Of a DNA stretch of 64,000 nt, positions 40,419-54,093 are shown one piece after another. The notes beneath the pieces are model-generated. The model saw only the letters and a list, made by a program, of their open reading frames with translations. It did no database searches and was not told where the DNA came from. The stretch is from Trichinella spiralis (taxonomy: Eukaryota), in the NCBI RefSeq assembly GCF_000181795.1, contig NW_003526944.1:3810596-3874595 (forward strand), read 5' to 3'. The number at the start of each line of letters is the position of its first letter. The stretch's first letter is position 1. The translations under genes and the position numbers were made by a program.

Positions 40419-41217
40419 TCAATTCTTCCATCGTATGTTCTGAATGAATTCTTATGAAGATAAAAAAAATCTATTCATTTGAAATAAAAAAAAGCTTACA
40501 GAATTTGTCAACGCGGTTTCAGCAGTAGACAGTTCAACACTGCTAGGAGATAAAGTGGCCATGTATTTCAACAATTCTAATCGGTCTTTCAATCCGATGA
40601 GAATCTGAAAAAGCGAGAACAATCAATAAAAACACTAATAATAATAATAATTTCTTACTTTAATCACCAAAGCGTGACATTTGTACTTTTTTGCCAACAT
40701 TAATTTTCTTTGATTATCAGAAAAAAGGTCAATATAAATTGTAATATCCTGAACAGAAACCTTTAATATAAGCAATAACATTCGACGAATGTTTGCTACT
40801 CACAGATGCGGTAGCGCCATTGCTGTATAAAACGTTCAAAAGCTGTTCACAAGATATTGGAAGTTTCAACTTCTGTTTACCAAACAATCCCTGGAAAAAA
40901 TAAAAATTACAAAAAATAATACATACATAATGCAACTTGTACCTTTCGCAAAAGCAATTTTTGTATTTCAGCCCATTGTTGGCGTTCTGCCAGAGCTTTG
41001 ATCGCGATCCAATCAAACTGCTGTTCAGTAAGAGCAAATTTATTCCGAATTGATAATGGACTAGCAAGAGAATTCTAAATAAATTCTATAAGAAAAATAT
41101 TTGGTATAATTAAAAATAAAAACGTATCACCGAAGGAAGTTCATAATGCAAACGGCACAATACATCACGTTTCTATACGATGAATCCACAACAGACTTTT
41201 TCATTTTTCAACCGCCC
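40419..41217 (-). CDS. spe-39: 3' portion of SPE-39/VIPAS39 (VPS33B-interacting, Vps16B-like protein), truncated at the 41218-41227 gap
   Basis: Manual splicing gives ..HYELPS|NSLASPLSIRNKFALTEQQFDWIAIKALAERQQWAEIQKLLLRK|GLFGKQKLKLPISCEQLLNVLYSNGATAS|DITIYIDLFSDNQRKLMLAKKYKCHALVIK|ILIGLKDRLELLKYMATLSPSS...ALTNS|NIRWKN*. This matches the VIPAS39 C-terminus (KCHDVVI..LKDR..L, terminal IRWKN). Confidence 0.85.
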
Positions 41218-41270
41218 NNNNNNNNNNTGTTTTTTAATTTTTTTATGAAACAACCATGAAAACTGCTTAC

Positions 41271-44200
41271 CTGGATATTTGGCTCCACGACAGCGTACAA
41301 CGAAGAAAATAGCCAACAAAATGAATATCAAAAACAAAATGGCCACCAAAACAGCAATGAGCCATGCGGCGAGTGATCCGTTGCCTAGAGAATAGAAAAA
41401 GCAAAGCAAAAACAATGTTCAATCCAATAAAAAATACATAAAATGCAAAACGTTTTTTTTTTAATTTTTCACCTCGTCCAAGAGTTGACATGTAGTAGAC
41501 AGGAGATTCGGTCTCCAAACCTCCTTGCTCTGTTTCAACTACGCTTACAGATTTCACTTCGTATACAGTGCCAGGGTAGAGATCGTCCAAAGTGACCGAA
41601 AAGTTATTTCCATCTGGAAACGCTTCTTCCCACTGATCCGTTCCTGAAAAATAAAACACAACACATTGCATCATCATCATCATCATCTGGCAAGGCTTGC
41701 AAATTTTCTTTCGCTATTCCCGATAAATTGTAAAGCCGCATGAACAACAACTGTGCACTTTTCTATAAACCCCTTTCAATGACGGAATTGCTCTTAATTC
41801 CACCACTGAACACAGGAAACGAAAACTTTCTGCCCCTCTAAGTGATATATATATATATATATATATATCAGTTTATTTTTATACAACTTCTACATTTCAA
41901 AGCAAAACTTTTTTTTAAAAAAAGCTTAATTTAAAGCTATAAATTGCAAATCAATTTCAGTTTTGTTCTGTAACATCAACAACAACAACAACAATATCCA
42001 CAACAATTGCTATTACCTTTCATTCGATATTTGAAGAAAAATTTGTCACCAACTGGAGTCGGGTTTGCCGCATCGTAACTACCCGGTATCCATGATATGT
42101 TAATCTGATTTTCTCCAACGCCCAATTCTGCCAACGACGGCTGCGACGGTGACACTAAAACAATTGCATAAATGAGAAAATTTATTATGCACATGTATAT
42201 TGATTGAATAAAGGAAAGAAAAAAGAATTATCATTGCAATGTATAATTTGGAAGAAAAATTTTCTGTTTGAAAAAATCACCTCGTACAGAAGATTGATTG
42301 TTATGCTTGTTTGTTGACAGTTGGGTAGTGATCGTTGCCAACAGAAGAAATGTGGAAAACCAAATTACAAAATTACAATGATATCCCATCGATTCAATGA
42401 AAGCAGAAAAGCAAATAAGAACGAGTGCAGAGCAGAAGAAGAGTGAAGCTTGCTATTGAGCTTCGTGACAAGCTCTCTCAGCTGATTTTAAAATGCGTCA
42501 AAGCCAACGGGGTGGCCGCAGCAGCAACAGCGGCGAAGCAACAGCAATGGCAATGACGGTGGCAAACGACTGACTACTTACTACTGACTGACTCATTCTC
42601 GATAGCATCGCCTATCACTAAGAACAACATGCCAATAACGTCGAAACGCCTCATCTGAACAACTTGAACAAGCAATTTCAAGTTAACTAAATGAAAATCC
42701 CACTAGTCGGCTTCAAGATTCACTATTAAAAACACACATACACAAAGATATATACACACACGTAGATATAATAATATGTAGTATATAATAAACAAAGGTA
42801 TAGTTTTCAAAATCAATTACAAATTGAAGTTCAGGTAAATAAGGCAACTGCTGTTCTCTCTTCTTCACATTCAATAAGAATATATATACATATCAACCAC
42901 AGCAGATTACCACTTTTAATCAATTTCCCGCCTTGTTTTCATTAGAAGATAAAATCTCAGACATATCCCATTTAGAAGTTATTTTAAAATACATTCCACT
43001 TCAGCAGAAATAATAAATAATACTAATAATTTTGAAATTACAATTTTTCATAAATATAATGAAAACTGAACAAAATAAATAAACAAACCATTGCCACGTC
43101 ACCACCATCATCCTCAATCAGATCAACAACAGTCAAACGGATAAAAACTTTTACCATTAGATAAAATTATCGAAAACAGCTTTTACTACTTATAAGAAAA
43201 ACAGAACTACAAAGAATTACAATGTTTTAAGAGAATGAATCTTCTCAGGCAGGAAAAATCATTGACTAAGAGGGTAAAATGCAATCAAATTGAGTAAATC
43301 GAAAGAAATGCTACATTTAGCATTTGAAAATTCATTTTGCTTCTTCGCCTGCACGATCAACAACAAAATCGTTGATGATTTGATTAAGTATAAGATAGCA
43401 ATGAAAATGTGCAAAATTCAGCTTATCAAATTTCCATCACAATGACAAACTCTGCAACTGCTACGTTTTATTTTCCACTGTTTTTTTTCATAGATGTATT
43501 TCAAAATAAAAAATTTCTACACTATTGCCATCATCGTCAGTTTTTCATATTTGTATAAAATCATCAAACACTGATGATACATCAAACAAACATATACATA
43601 CATACATACATGCATTCAAACAACAATAGTTTTGTTGAAAATGCATGTGTGCGCGCGCAAACATGCTCATAATAAATGCACCAATTCGTTTTTCTTTATC
43701 GATTTCAAACGTCGTCGTCTACTGACTGACGCTTTAAATATTTTTAGCATACAAATCACACACACACCATAACTCGCTGACTTTAGCGTCTCAACCTGGT
43801 TTAACTTAGCCAAGCAAATGCGAATGCAAATGCAAATGCAAATGGAAAAGAAATCGATAACTATGCTACACCGATTCGATTGCAAACATCTTGCAGTTTC
43901 AATTGTCAGCTAACTACCTGAAGTGCACCTCAAATTGTCATCCTCGTTATTATGCTAATTATATATATATATCAATAAAATCTCACTGAAAAAGTAAAAA
44001 ATTGATTTCCCCTCATATTGTGATTCAGCACGACAATCGCAGCTTCATCTGTTAAAATTATTTCAAAAAACAACAACGTTTACATACCTTTGTTGATATC
44101 TTCAGGGATGGTCTTCACATCCACAGAACTTGGGTCACCAAGCCCTGCATTAGTGACTCCACGCATCTCAACACGGTACTCACTTTCCGCTTTCAAGCCG

Positions 44201-47200
44201 TGAATACGTTCGTGATTCACATCCACATCATACATACGGTACATACAACTTCCATCAGCAAACGATGCGCCACTTTTCGATTCGGAAACTAAACAAATAA
44301 TAACAGTCAGTCAGTTATAAATAGTTGAAAATTCACTTTCAGAATAATGCAAAAACTTACGAAGGCAATATGACAAATTGTAACCAATCAGGTGACCATT
44401 GTATTCTCGAGGAGGTTTCCAAATGACGCCAATTTCACGGTGAGATAATGGAAAAGCGCTCAATGATTGCACTTGCGATGGAACTGAAATGAAAACACAT
44501 ATAAATAAAAAGTATAAAAAAATAACTTTCTACATGTTTTCGAAAATTTATATTCTTGAAACATTCAGCTTCAAAAATAAAAATTCTTGAATACTAACCT
44601 CCTTCCGGCATATCGAAACGTATCCTCTGACTTGGGGGGCTATCGTAAGCATCATTTGCAGCATATACTTCTGCGTAGTTGACTCGAAACGGTTTCAAAT
44701 CGTAAACCGTTCCCTGGGATGCTGAACTGTCAAACAGTGACTCTTTCTTTACAGGATCTGAACGTTTTCCCGTGTCATGCCAATGAACAATCTAAAACAA
44801 GCAAAATTTTAAAGTTCACGTGCGTTTTTGAACTCTTTTTTTTTGAATTTATCACGCATCTTTAATAATCGGAAATGTAATAAATAAAGAACAATACATT
44901 TTTGCAAATAACCCTAGTCGAATGGTCAACTTGCTTATTTTTAAGCATCGAAATAATAAACAAAATAAACGAACTAATTCCTCTAACTCCTGTAACTTAA
45001 ATAAATGTCAATTTAAAATAAAATCTATTATACATATTTTTTATTAATGATGCATATCGAAATAATATTCAAAAGTCAATATGGAGTCAACTGTATTTTA
45101 ATGAAAAGCAAGTACTAACAAATTGGAAACAATTTTCAAATGAAAACAGATTACCGGTTCCACTGTTAGCATATTTTAAATACATCTTTTAGCAAACAGT
45201 CATGTTCCGTCTAAATTAAAATGAATTCTCATTGTGCCTTCATTGATGCTCATGAAAAAGTAAACTGGCAAGCAATTTCGACAACCATTATCAAACAACC
45301 GTTTCTTCAATTTAAACCTCGATCGATCAACAAAGTATCAAATAACCTCAACTCAATAGAAACCATAAAAACAGACCCTTCTACAAATAATATTAAAACT
45401 TACAAATGAAAAAAATAGCAGTCGATTAGATTCAATTTTAAAAAATATAAATGATGAATTAATTTGTTGTTCATCAATTTGAAAACAATTTCCATTTAAT
45501 ATTATTCTATTACTCATTTTTCATTAGGATGTTTTCATGATTGATGAAAAACGGTGTAATTTCTCAATTCTGCCCCATTCCCTCCTTTTTTTCTTTGAGC
45601 GACTGTTTCTATTTTAGCTGAAACAATACTGTCATACTGAAGAATAAATAAAATCTCAAAATCAAAGAAAATATAATTCGATTCGCTCGCTATTCTACTA
45701 TTCTCCAATCAGAAGACAGTAGAAAAAAAAATACTGCAAAATATGCTTCGCACTGAATCGACTATATATCACATACTGCTGCTCACCCATCTCATTAAAG
45801 TAGAAAACAAATCAATATGAGTAAATGAATAGGCGCAAACAAAGAACATCCAATTTTTACCTTGTAGCCCTTGAAGTTACCATGCAACGATGCCGGATCG
45901 ACTGGATCCCAGGCAAACGTGGCTACGGTCGGTGCAACGACATTGACCAGTCGAAAGTTTTTCGGCGCTTCATCCGGGTCTGTTTGCAAAATCAAAAAAT
46001 TACACACAAACAAACAAACACACAATGACAGCAAAATATTTTTTTCAAAAAAAAATGCATACATCCTTCGCCAGAATAGCCTCGTACAGTGGCCGGACTG
46101 ACGGTCGCTTTGCCCAAGGAGTTGGCCGACTGGACGCGCACATCATACGGTTCATAGGTCGGCTGGTCCGGTACAACAAGCTGACTTTCGTTAGGGTCGG
46201 TCACAATGGCAGTTTCCCATCGAGAATCGTCATCGTCTGCTCGTTTCATTTCCACGACATAATGAAAATCCGGCCCGTTCCAATCGACCCGCTCCACCGG
46301 ATCCCAGCTGACCACCAAATTATCCGGCGAAGTGCCACGCACAACCACATTAGCAGGATTCAGTTCCGGCAACGCGGCCGCAGTTGTGCACTGTGTACTG
46401 GCCAAAGATGGGGCACTGTCTCCAACCTGACAAATAATAATACTTTGATAAAGCGAATGCTTTTCACATAATAATTTCTACTTTACTAACCTCATTTCTG
46501 GCAACTGCTCGAAAACTGAAATTTCCCCACGGATGCAACGGCACAGTAATTGTCCACCAATCTTTGTCGGCCCGGGTGGTCACTGGCACCGGATATATGT
46601 GCCATGCATCTGGTTCAGCGTCGTTGCTGTTGTACTGAACCCAGAACGATTCTACCGGAGCGGCCGTTCGAGGACGATCTCGATGCTGGAAACGTACGGC
46701 GGCATTTCGCTCTGAACAAGTCACGCCGACAAAAAATGGCGGCAATGGAACATCTACAACGCAAAAACACTTCCACTAACGGTAATAGATTACAAACGTA
46801 CAAGCAACACAAGTGTGCTTTCTACAAAAAAAATACACACCTTTGACAAGAATGGTCGCCACGCGTTCAGCTTTGTCAAGTTTGGTCTCGGCCACGCATG
46901 TGTAGTCGGCACTGTCGGATGCTTTGGGATTTTCAATGATCAAAGTGTAATTTTCATCCACCTTGATGTGGGGCTGCAGATTGCCCAACGGTATACCGTC
47001 AATCAACCATGTGTATTTCACTTTTAACAAATTGTCATGATAAGCTTTGCAAGGCAACTGGATGGAATTGCCTGCAGTGACGGTCGTATTTGACGGATAT
47101 TGAAATAATCTTGTAGGATCTGTAAATAAATTTTCATAAAAAATTATTTTTTTAATTTAATAAATCAACTATAAACAATTCATTTAAAAAACTGAATAAG

Positions 47201-50200
47201 ACAAAGCAACAATTATATCATCTGTTCACAACGTATTTTCTTGTTTAGCATGGCAATTCAATAATAATAATTATTATTAGTGGCGGCATACGTATAAAAA
47301 TTGATAAATGCAACTTTATATTATAATGCAAAATTAAATGATGAGGCAAAATGACCCGCAGTTGTCGAGTTGTTTACGGTCAAGCTTGATTTACTTAATC
47401 GACCAAACTAGCCAACAAGCAATACTATGAATATGATGAGATGATCAGCAAGCAACAGTCTCAGAAATGCCTGCCACATAAATGAATTCCCCACAAAAGA
47501 AGCATGCAAGTCCACATGGAAGCCGCTAACCACACGCTAACCGCAATATCTTCGCGCTAATAAACGTTGTGCGTTTCGTTTATCAATTTATCATTCGAAA
47601 CGAGCCACACATGAGGCGGCACAGCATTCGTCCACTTTAGCCAATAAAATTTATACATGCATGCATGCATACATACACACACATACATGCAGATGCACAT
47701 GCAAGCACATGACGCATCACAACAACGCCCTAGACATTTTCCTTTTGAAATTTAAATCGAGCCAAGTGACCAAATTTGTGGTTAACAAATTGATCAATAA
47801 AAATAAGCAAATCCCAAATAAGAATTTCTATTTGCAACCCCATCATCCACAAGTGACATTCAATCATTCGTTATTTACATATACAAATAAACTAACAATA
47901 ACAAGGTCAAAGTGAGAAAAAATAACATTTACAAATAAACCTATTGAAAAAAGCATTATATTAATAGAAATAATGGATATTGTTACTGTTATTATTGTTG
48001 TCATTATTTAAGCAAATGATGCGTTTAATAAGCAATCAGGGAGTCAGTTAGTCGGCCATTAGGTCGGTCAACTGACCGACCGATCGAGGGTTCAAATTTA
48101 TTTGCCTATACTCCTCTATAAACGCTACAAGCGTTCTATTGTCGATGAACAAAGCATTTACTATTATTATTATTATTTGCACACAGTGTGGTAGGTAGTA
48201 ATAACAGCAATTGATTGTATGAAGTGGAATAAATTGGTTGAAGCGAAAATGGAAAATAAAATTTTTCAAATTTCCATTACAAATTCTTGAACAAATCAAT
48301 AAATACTATTTAAAACATCCGTGGATATAATTAAAAATTACATTAATCAAAATAATAATAAATTGCAACTCACCTCGGACAACTAATGAGCCAATTTCGG
48401 ATGCTTCGCCGTACTTGTTCGAGGCGTGGCATTCAAAAGAAGCTTCGTGCTTTTTGTCCACCTCGTAAAGAACCAACTCGCTGATTCCTTCGGCATTCAA
48501 AGGCGTGTAACGGTACAACGCGCCCGTCAACACGGGACTGCGCCATTCGATTTTCGGCTTTGGACTACCAAAAACCCTGCATTTGTGAACACTTCGTTGT
48601 CCAACAACAGCTTCACGATTTCCAGGTCCTTCCAAAATTACGGCAGGAAATGCTGAACAATGGATAATATGATTGTGTGATTTGGTTAGATTTTTCATTT
48701 TGGAATATTCATCACATATACAAACAAAGAAATATATATATGTATATATATACTCACAGAGGATGTTCAAATAGAAATTTGCCCATACGTATCCGTAAGC
48801 ATTTTCGGCTTTGCATTGATAAACTGCGTTATCACCAGCGCCGTCGGGTGCTTTTCTCAGATTTTGAATGGTCAACACTTCACCGTCAATCGAGTAACGA
48901 TCGTCGGGTACAATTTCTGAAACCAATAAATAAATAATGGGTGGGAAAAAACAATTCATTTTATTTTGTTATCGTACTGTGTCCATTTTTGTAAAAAGTA
49001 ATGTTCGGTGTTGGCTTTCCGCGTGCATTGCAGCGAAATTCCACGCTCTCTCCTTCGGACGAATTCTGACTGGGCGGTGGACCTTCGACCCAATATGGTG
49101 CAGCTGTATATGCAAATTATGATAATTTGAAAAAGCAAATGAACAAACAAACTAACACACCGTGCACGTTGACTTTGAGACGCCGACTCAGTTCTGGCAT
49201 TGAGGGAAAAAAGCACTCGTAATCGCCTTCGTCGTGAAAATCCACATCTTGGATGAGAAGGGACTTTTTGAAATCCGTTCCCCAATTTACCCGCCGAGGG
49301 TCAATTACACCGTTCACTTTACGCCACTCCGGCATCAAATCAGGACTGCAAAAGCATAATATTGTGAGCTATAGCTTCGTATTGCAAAAACAAAAAAACA
49401 ATAATTCTCACTATCCAGCGTAGATGCAAAACAATTTGAAACTTCTGCCACGCAAAGCGATCGTCACAGAGGGAGATATGTACTGCTCGGTTGGTGCAAC
49501 GTGACGAACTATTATATGAAAGCAAAAAAATATTATGTTATAAAAAAAATTCCAAAATTGACAACACTCTGCATTGAAGTACTCACTGGATTTGCGTTTG
49601 TTTTTCAAAATGTTCATTCGAAATTGATTGCCAAAATTTGTAATCTTTCAGTTCAGTATTTTCAGCCGTACAAGTGAAATACATGGTTCACTTTCAGCTG
49701 ATCCGTATAGTTGGCATATTGGATAAATATGGTTCCCTGAAAAATAATTGGACAATGCACACTACTGACCGAGTAGAGATGTTGCACATATATTTCATGT
49801 ACAAGATATTTTTCTGAATTTTTTGAAAAGAATCTTAAACAAACAAATAAACAACATTACGTGATCGTTGACAGCCACTGACGAGCTGTTGATTGTTTGA
49901 AATTTGCTGCCATCGTCACCTTTGAAAATCCAAAAAACTCGGGCCGGTGGAACAGAAGGCGGAGGTACGCAACTCTTCTCCAACGGATCCCCGAGTTCCA
50001 CGTCAATAATTTCCGGCTCTGATTTTGGAAAATAGCTCATAACTGAAATTAATCGAAAAATAAAATTCAGTATATATTTAAAGAAAAGCTCTATTATTCA
50101 TTCAAAAGAAAAGATTCAATGAGACATAGTGAAAATTTGAAATCAATCTCTCTGCCAGAATGGCTTCCAGTTTCAAAATAGCACTGGAAACCCTTCAGTG

Positions 50201-53162
50201 AAAAAAAACAAATATATATAATTTGTTGCCTCAGACAATGTGGTTCTCGTTTCCTTGCAACTGTTCATTTTTGGAAGTAAAAAATAATTATTAACAAAGA
50301 TAAAAAAAAAGCTATTTACAACTGCTAATAAATGTCTGAAAACCACTTCCATTGACAAAGTGATAATTAAAATGTTTTGTCATTGCACAGCAATTCTACT
50401 GAATAAAAATTCACACAAAAGAGACAAGAAAAAAAACAACCATTAAGCCAAGTAAGCGGCATGGTTTGCTTTTGCGAGTGATTTAAAATTGATTCAGCTT
50501 ACATGAAAATTGTAAAAATGGAAAAAAACTGCTTATACGCAATTTGTACAATAAAAATAAATTGAAGTAATTGAATTTTCATTGAATAAGAAAAAAAAAT
50601 ATACCAATAAATCTCCTTTAAATTACATGGCAAGATAATTTATTTTTTTGCAAAGTCAGCTTATTATTGGTTTGCTGATTTTCAAAGAAGCCGCCTTTTT
50701 TTCAGGGGGGATGAACAAAAAAGTTATCATTATCAAATAAATAAAAATTGCAATCGTATCGAAACATAATAATACTTTGAAAAGCAAAACCTTTTCCTTC
50801 CCGTTAGAAATAAAAAAAACAACAATAACAACAATTAGCAAATGGAATGATAATTTTTTTAAAGCAAATGAGTAAAAATTAAAAAAAAAATTTTTCTTTT
50901 CTCCTGCCAACATTGCTTTTTTATGTAAGAAAAACGATTTCAAGATGTGGACAGATGTTCAATTGGAGGAAACGCATTATTATAATTAATTAAATTTTCA
51001 AAAAGTCGAGAAGAACTTTTGAACAGCCTATGTGGCTCAACTCGAATAAGCCGAACCGACGTCAGCTGCCCCAATCTCGTATGGCCAAAATAAAGCGTTT
51101 GCAAAAAATAGAGGTTAGCATTTTTGATCTCATCGCGTGAGCTTCTTTTAAAATTTAAGCTTCAACAAATTCAACACTAATCTCTCGACATTTATTGATC
51201 GCCCCCTCCGTCAACCTCAACCGCCGCCGCCTATGCTTGATCAAAACTGGAACATCTATATTTAAGTGCAACAAAATTGAGCTTCTTCATCCGGAGAGAT
51301 GAAAATTTGAAATAAAATAAATTCAAAATAATGTATAAACAAATAAACAAACAATTTCCCTCATTCCTGACGTATAAAACTTACATGTCCTGCGCAAGAC
51401 GATCTCACGGTCGTAAGCAGAGCCGTTGCCATTTTCGGCTATACATTGATAGATGCCTTCGTCTTCAAGACGCAATTTGCTCAAAATAAAAGTCCCTTCT
51501 CCAGGTACTGAAGTAGCACGATCGTTCAGTTCTTCAAAATTCAACGGTACACCATCTTTGAGCCAACGATAGCTGAAATTGGAAATAGCAGGAGTATAAT
51601 AATTATTTTATTATTTGAACAAAAAAATGCAGATCTTTTCCACTGAACTCACCTCACCGAAGGATATCCGCTGGCTTTGCACAAAAATCGCCTCTCTTTC
51701 AGATTGATCGTACTTGAACTTTCCTCCAACATCGCCGAATCCAGTACAAAATACATGATGTTCGGATTGGCCTCATGAATAAATGTAGGTGGGGTTGGAA
51801 CTGAAAAAAATACGCTGTATTTGCAACATAAAACAAAAATATTTAAAGAAAAAAGCTTACTTCTGCTCAAATCCGGCAATTGACTTGCAATTGCTAAAAT
51901 TAAAAGAAAAAAAAGGCATATTTAGTAAAATAATAAAAATATTAAACAAAAAAAAACACCGTTGAAACACCAATCGAATTTAAGAAATGAGAGAAATTTA
52001 ATTAAAATTTAAAGAAAGAAATTTCATCACACGCAAGGAATGCATGCTACATGCTAATGGAGACTAATCATTAAAAACATCGAAACTTTTAACGCTCTTA
52101 TAAATGTAATCATAAATCATTATACATATTATTTTGCTTCACTTTAATATTAATTGAATTAATAATTGATTTATTATTTCGAATCATCACTGTGCAAATA
52201 AATAAAAGAAAATTTTCGTTAATGTTGCTACAATTTGAAACTTTTTCTTCAAAATTGTCACAAGCGAGATAGATATATATAACAGCAGCAACTGAAATAA
52301 TTTTTCTTTCTTTTCTTGAAGAAGAAGAATAAAATTGACAGATGAATTATGCCCCACCCAAAAATCGGTCCAACTATCATTTTCCAGGCTTGTTCAGGTG
52401 ATCCTTGAGCTGCAGAATAAATTTTATTCATATTCTTTTGTTCTCCCATTCCCTCTCTCTTTATGCATCAATACTAGAACAGTTCCACATGTTTCTTTTT
52501 CCAACTGTGTTTCAAAAAAGCAACATACCAACAATAAATAATACAATGAATAATACTTTTCAATCAATAATGATACATAAAATAAATAAAATAGGTTGAA
52601 TAAAACGAATTTAAAAATAAAATTATCGAAAAAAAAATTCAATTGCTAAATTTTCAATGTCGGATGTTCAACAATACCACAAATGTGGCAAAGCAATGTT
52701 TCAAACTGGATTGATTGGGGGAAAAAAAGGATAATACCAGCTTTCCAGTATTGTAGAAAAAGTGCACTGTAATTAATATTTATTTACCGTAACCTTATCA
52801 TTATTTAAATACTATATATTATGAGATAAAAAGAAAAATGTTAAAATGACCAAAAATCGAAAACATTCAAACAGTGAATTTGGTGATAATGAAAAGGAAC
52901 AATTTTATGTTAGCCCGTATCGATGAAATCAATGACAACGTTCCCAGTGTTGAAAAAAAATTCTCACCCTGCATATTCTGGAAAGAATAATGAAAGAAAG
53001 GAAAAAAAGGCCGTTCACATATTTCCTAATCACTGATCATGATAATACCAAATCAATGAACGGTCGTTCAACGCCGTAATAGAATGAAAATACAAAAAAC
53101 AAATAAATACAACCCAAAAAAATAATAATAATGGTACGAAAATTGCTGACCTGTCTGAGTTA
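41271..53162 (-). CDS. sax-7: sax-7/L1CAM copy 2 (partial: cytoplasmic exons absent beyond the 41218 gap, signal exon cut by the gap at 53163; two 1-nt insertions at about 49636 and 49686)
   Basis: Same Ig, FnIII and TM exons as copy 1. Confidence 0.85.
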
Positions 53163-53791
53163 NNNNNNNNNNNNNNNNNNNNNNNNNNNNNNNNNNNNNN
53201 NNNNNNNNNNNNNNNNNNNNNNNNNNNNNNNNNNNNNNNNNNNNNNNNNNNNNNNNNNNNNNNNNNNNNNNNNNNNNNNNNNNNNNNNNNNNNNNNNNNN
53301 NNNNNNNNNNNNNNNNNNNNNNNNNNNNNNNNNNNNNNNNNNNNNNNNNNNNNNNNNNNNNNNNNNNNNNNNNNNNNNNNNNNNNNNNNNNNNNNNNNNN
53401 NNNNNNNNNNNNNNNNNNNNNNNNNNNNNNNNNNNNNNNNNNNNNNNNNNNNNNNNNNNNNNNNNNNNNNNNNNNNNNNNNNNNNNNNNNNNNNNNNNNN
53501 NNNNNNNNNNNNNNNNNNNNNNNNNNNNNNNNNNNNNNNNNNNNNNNNNNNNNNNNNNNNNNNNNNNNNNNNNNNNNNNNNNNNNNNNNNNNNNNNNNNN
53601 NNNNNNNNNNNNNNNNNNNNNNNNNNNNNNNNNNNNNNNNNNNNNNNNNNNNNNNNNNNNNNNNNNNNNNNNNNNNNNNNNNNNNNNNNNNNNNNNNNNN
53701 NNNNNNNNNNNNNNNNNNNNNNNNNNNNNNNNNNNNNNNNNNNNNNNNNNNNNNNNNNNNNNNNNNNNNNNNNNNNNNNNNNNNNNNNNNN
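53163..53791. other. Assembly gap (N run) covering the sax-7 copy 2 signal-peptide exon
   Basis: N run; the flanks match 27344 and 27790 in copy 1. Confidence 0.95.
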
Positions 53792-54060
53792 ACTCCCATA
53801 TGTATGTGTATATTGCTTGGAGAACGTAAAACAAGCATCCCACACGAACGGAACACACAACAAAGAGGCGCTAGAGGCTCGGCTCGGTTTAACGGAACCG
53901 CCGTCTTCGATCAATCCAATCTAAGAGATGGCTATTGATTTTTTGCGCCATCATTCAAAACTACTACACCAAACGGCGAGGTCGACGTGCGATCAAACTC
54001 GCTTTTTAAGTATTCCAAATTAAAAGTGGGCAACAGTTTGATGTCAATTTATCAACGCGA

Positions 54061-54093
<33 letters not shown>

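Noticed and set aside
41128..41217. Frameshifted spe-39 exon, or an apparent short gene start MKKSVVDSS
   Set aside because: It abuts a gap, and VIPAS39-like residues switch frames, consistent with read-end deletions.
49630..49690. Two 1-nt insertions frameshifting sax-7 copy 2 (possible pseudogene)
   Set aside because: Both extend an existing base (aaa>aaaa, g>gg) within about 50 nt, while other coding differences I checked are mostly silent. They are more likely base-calling errors.
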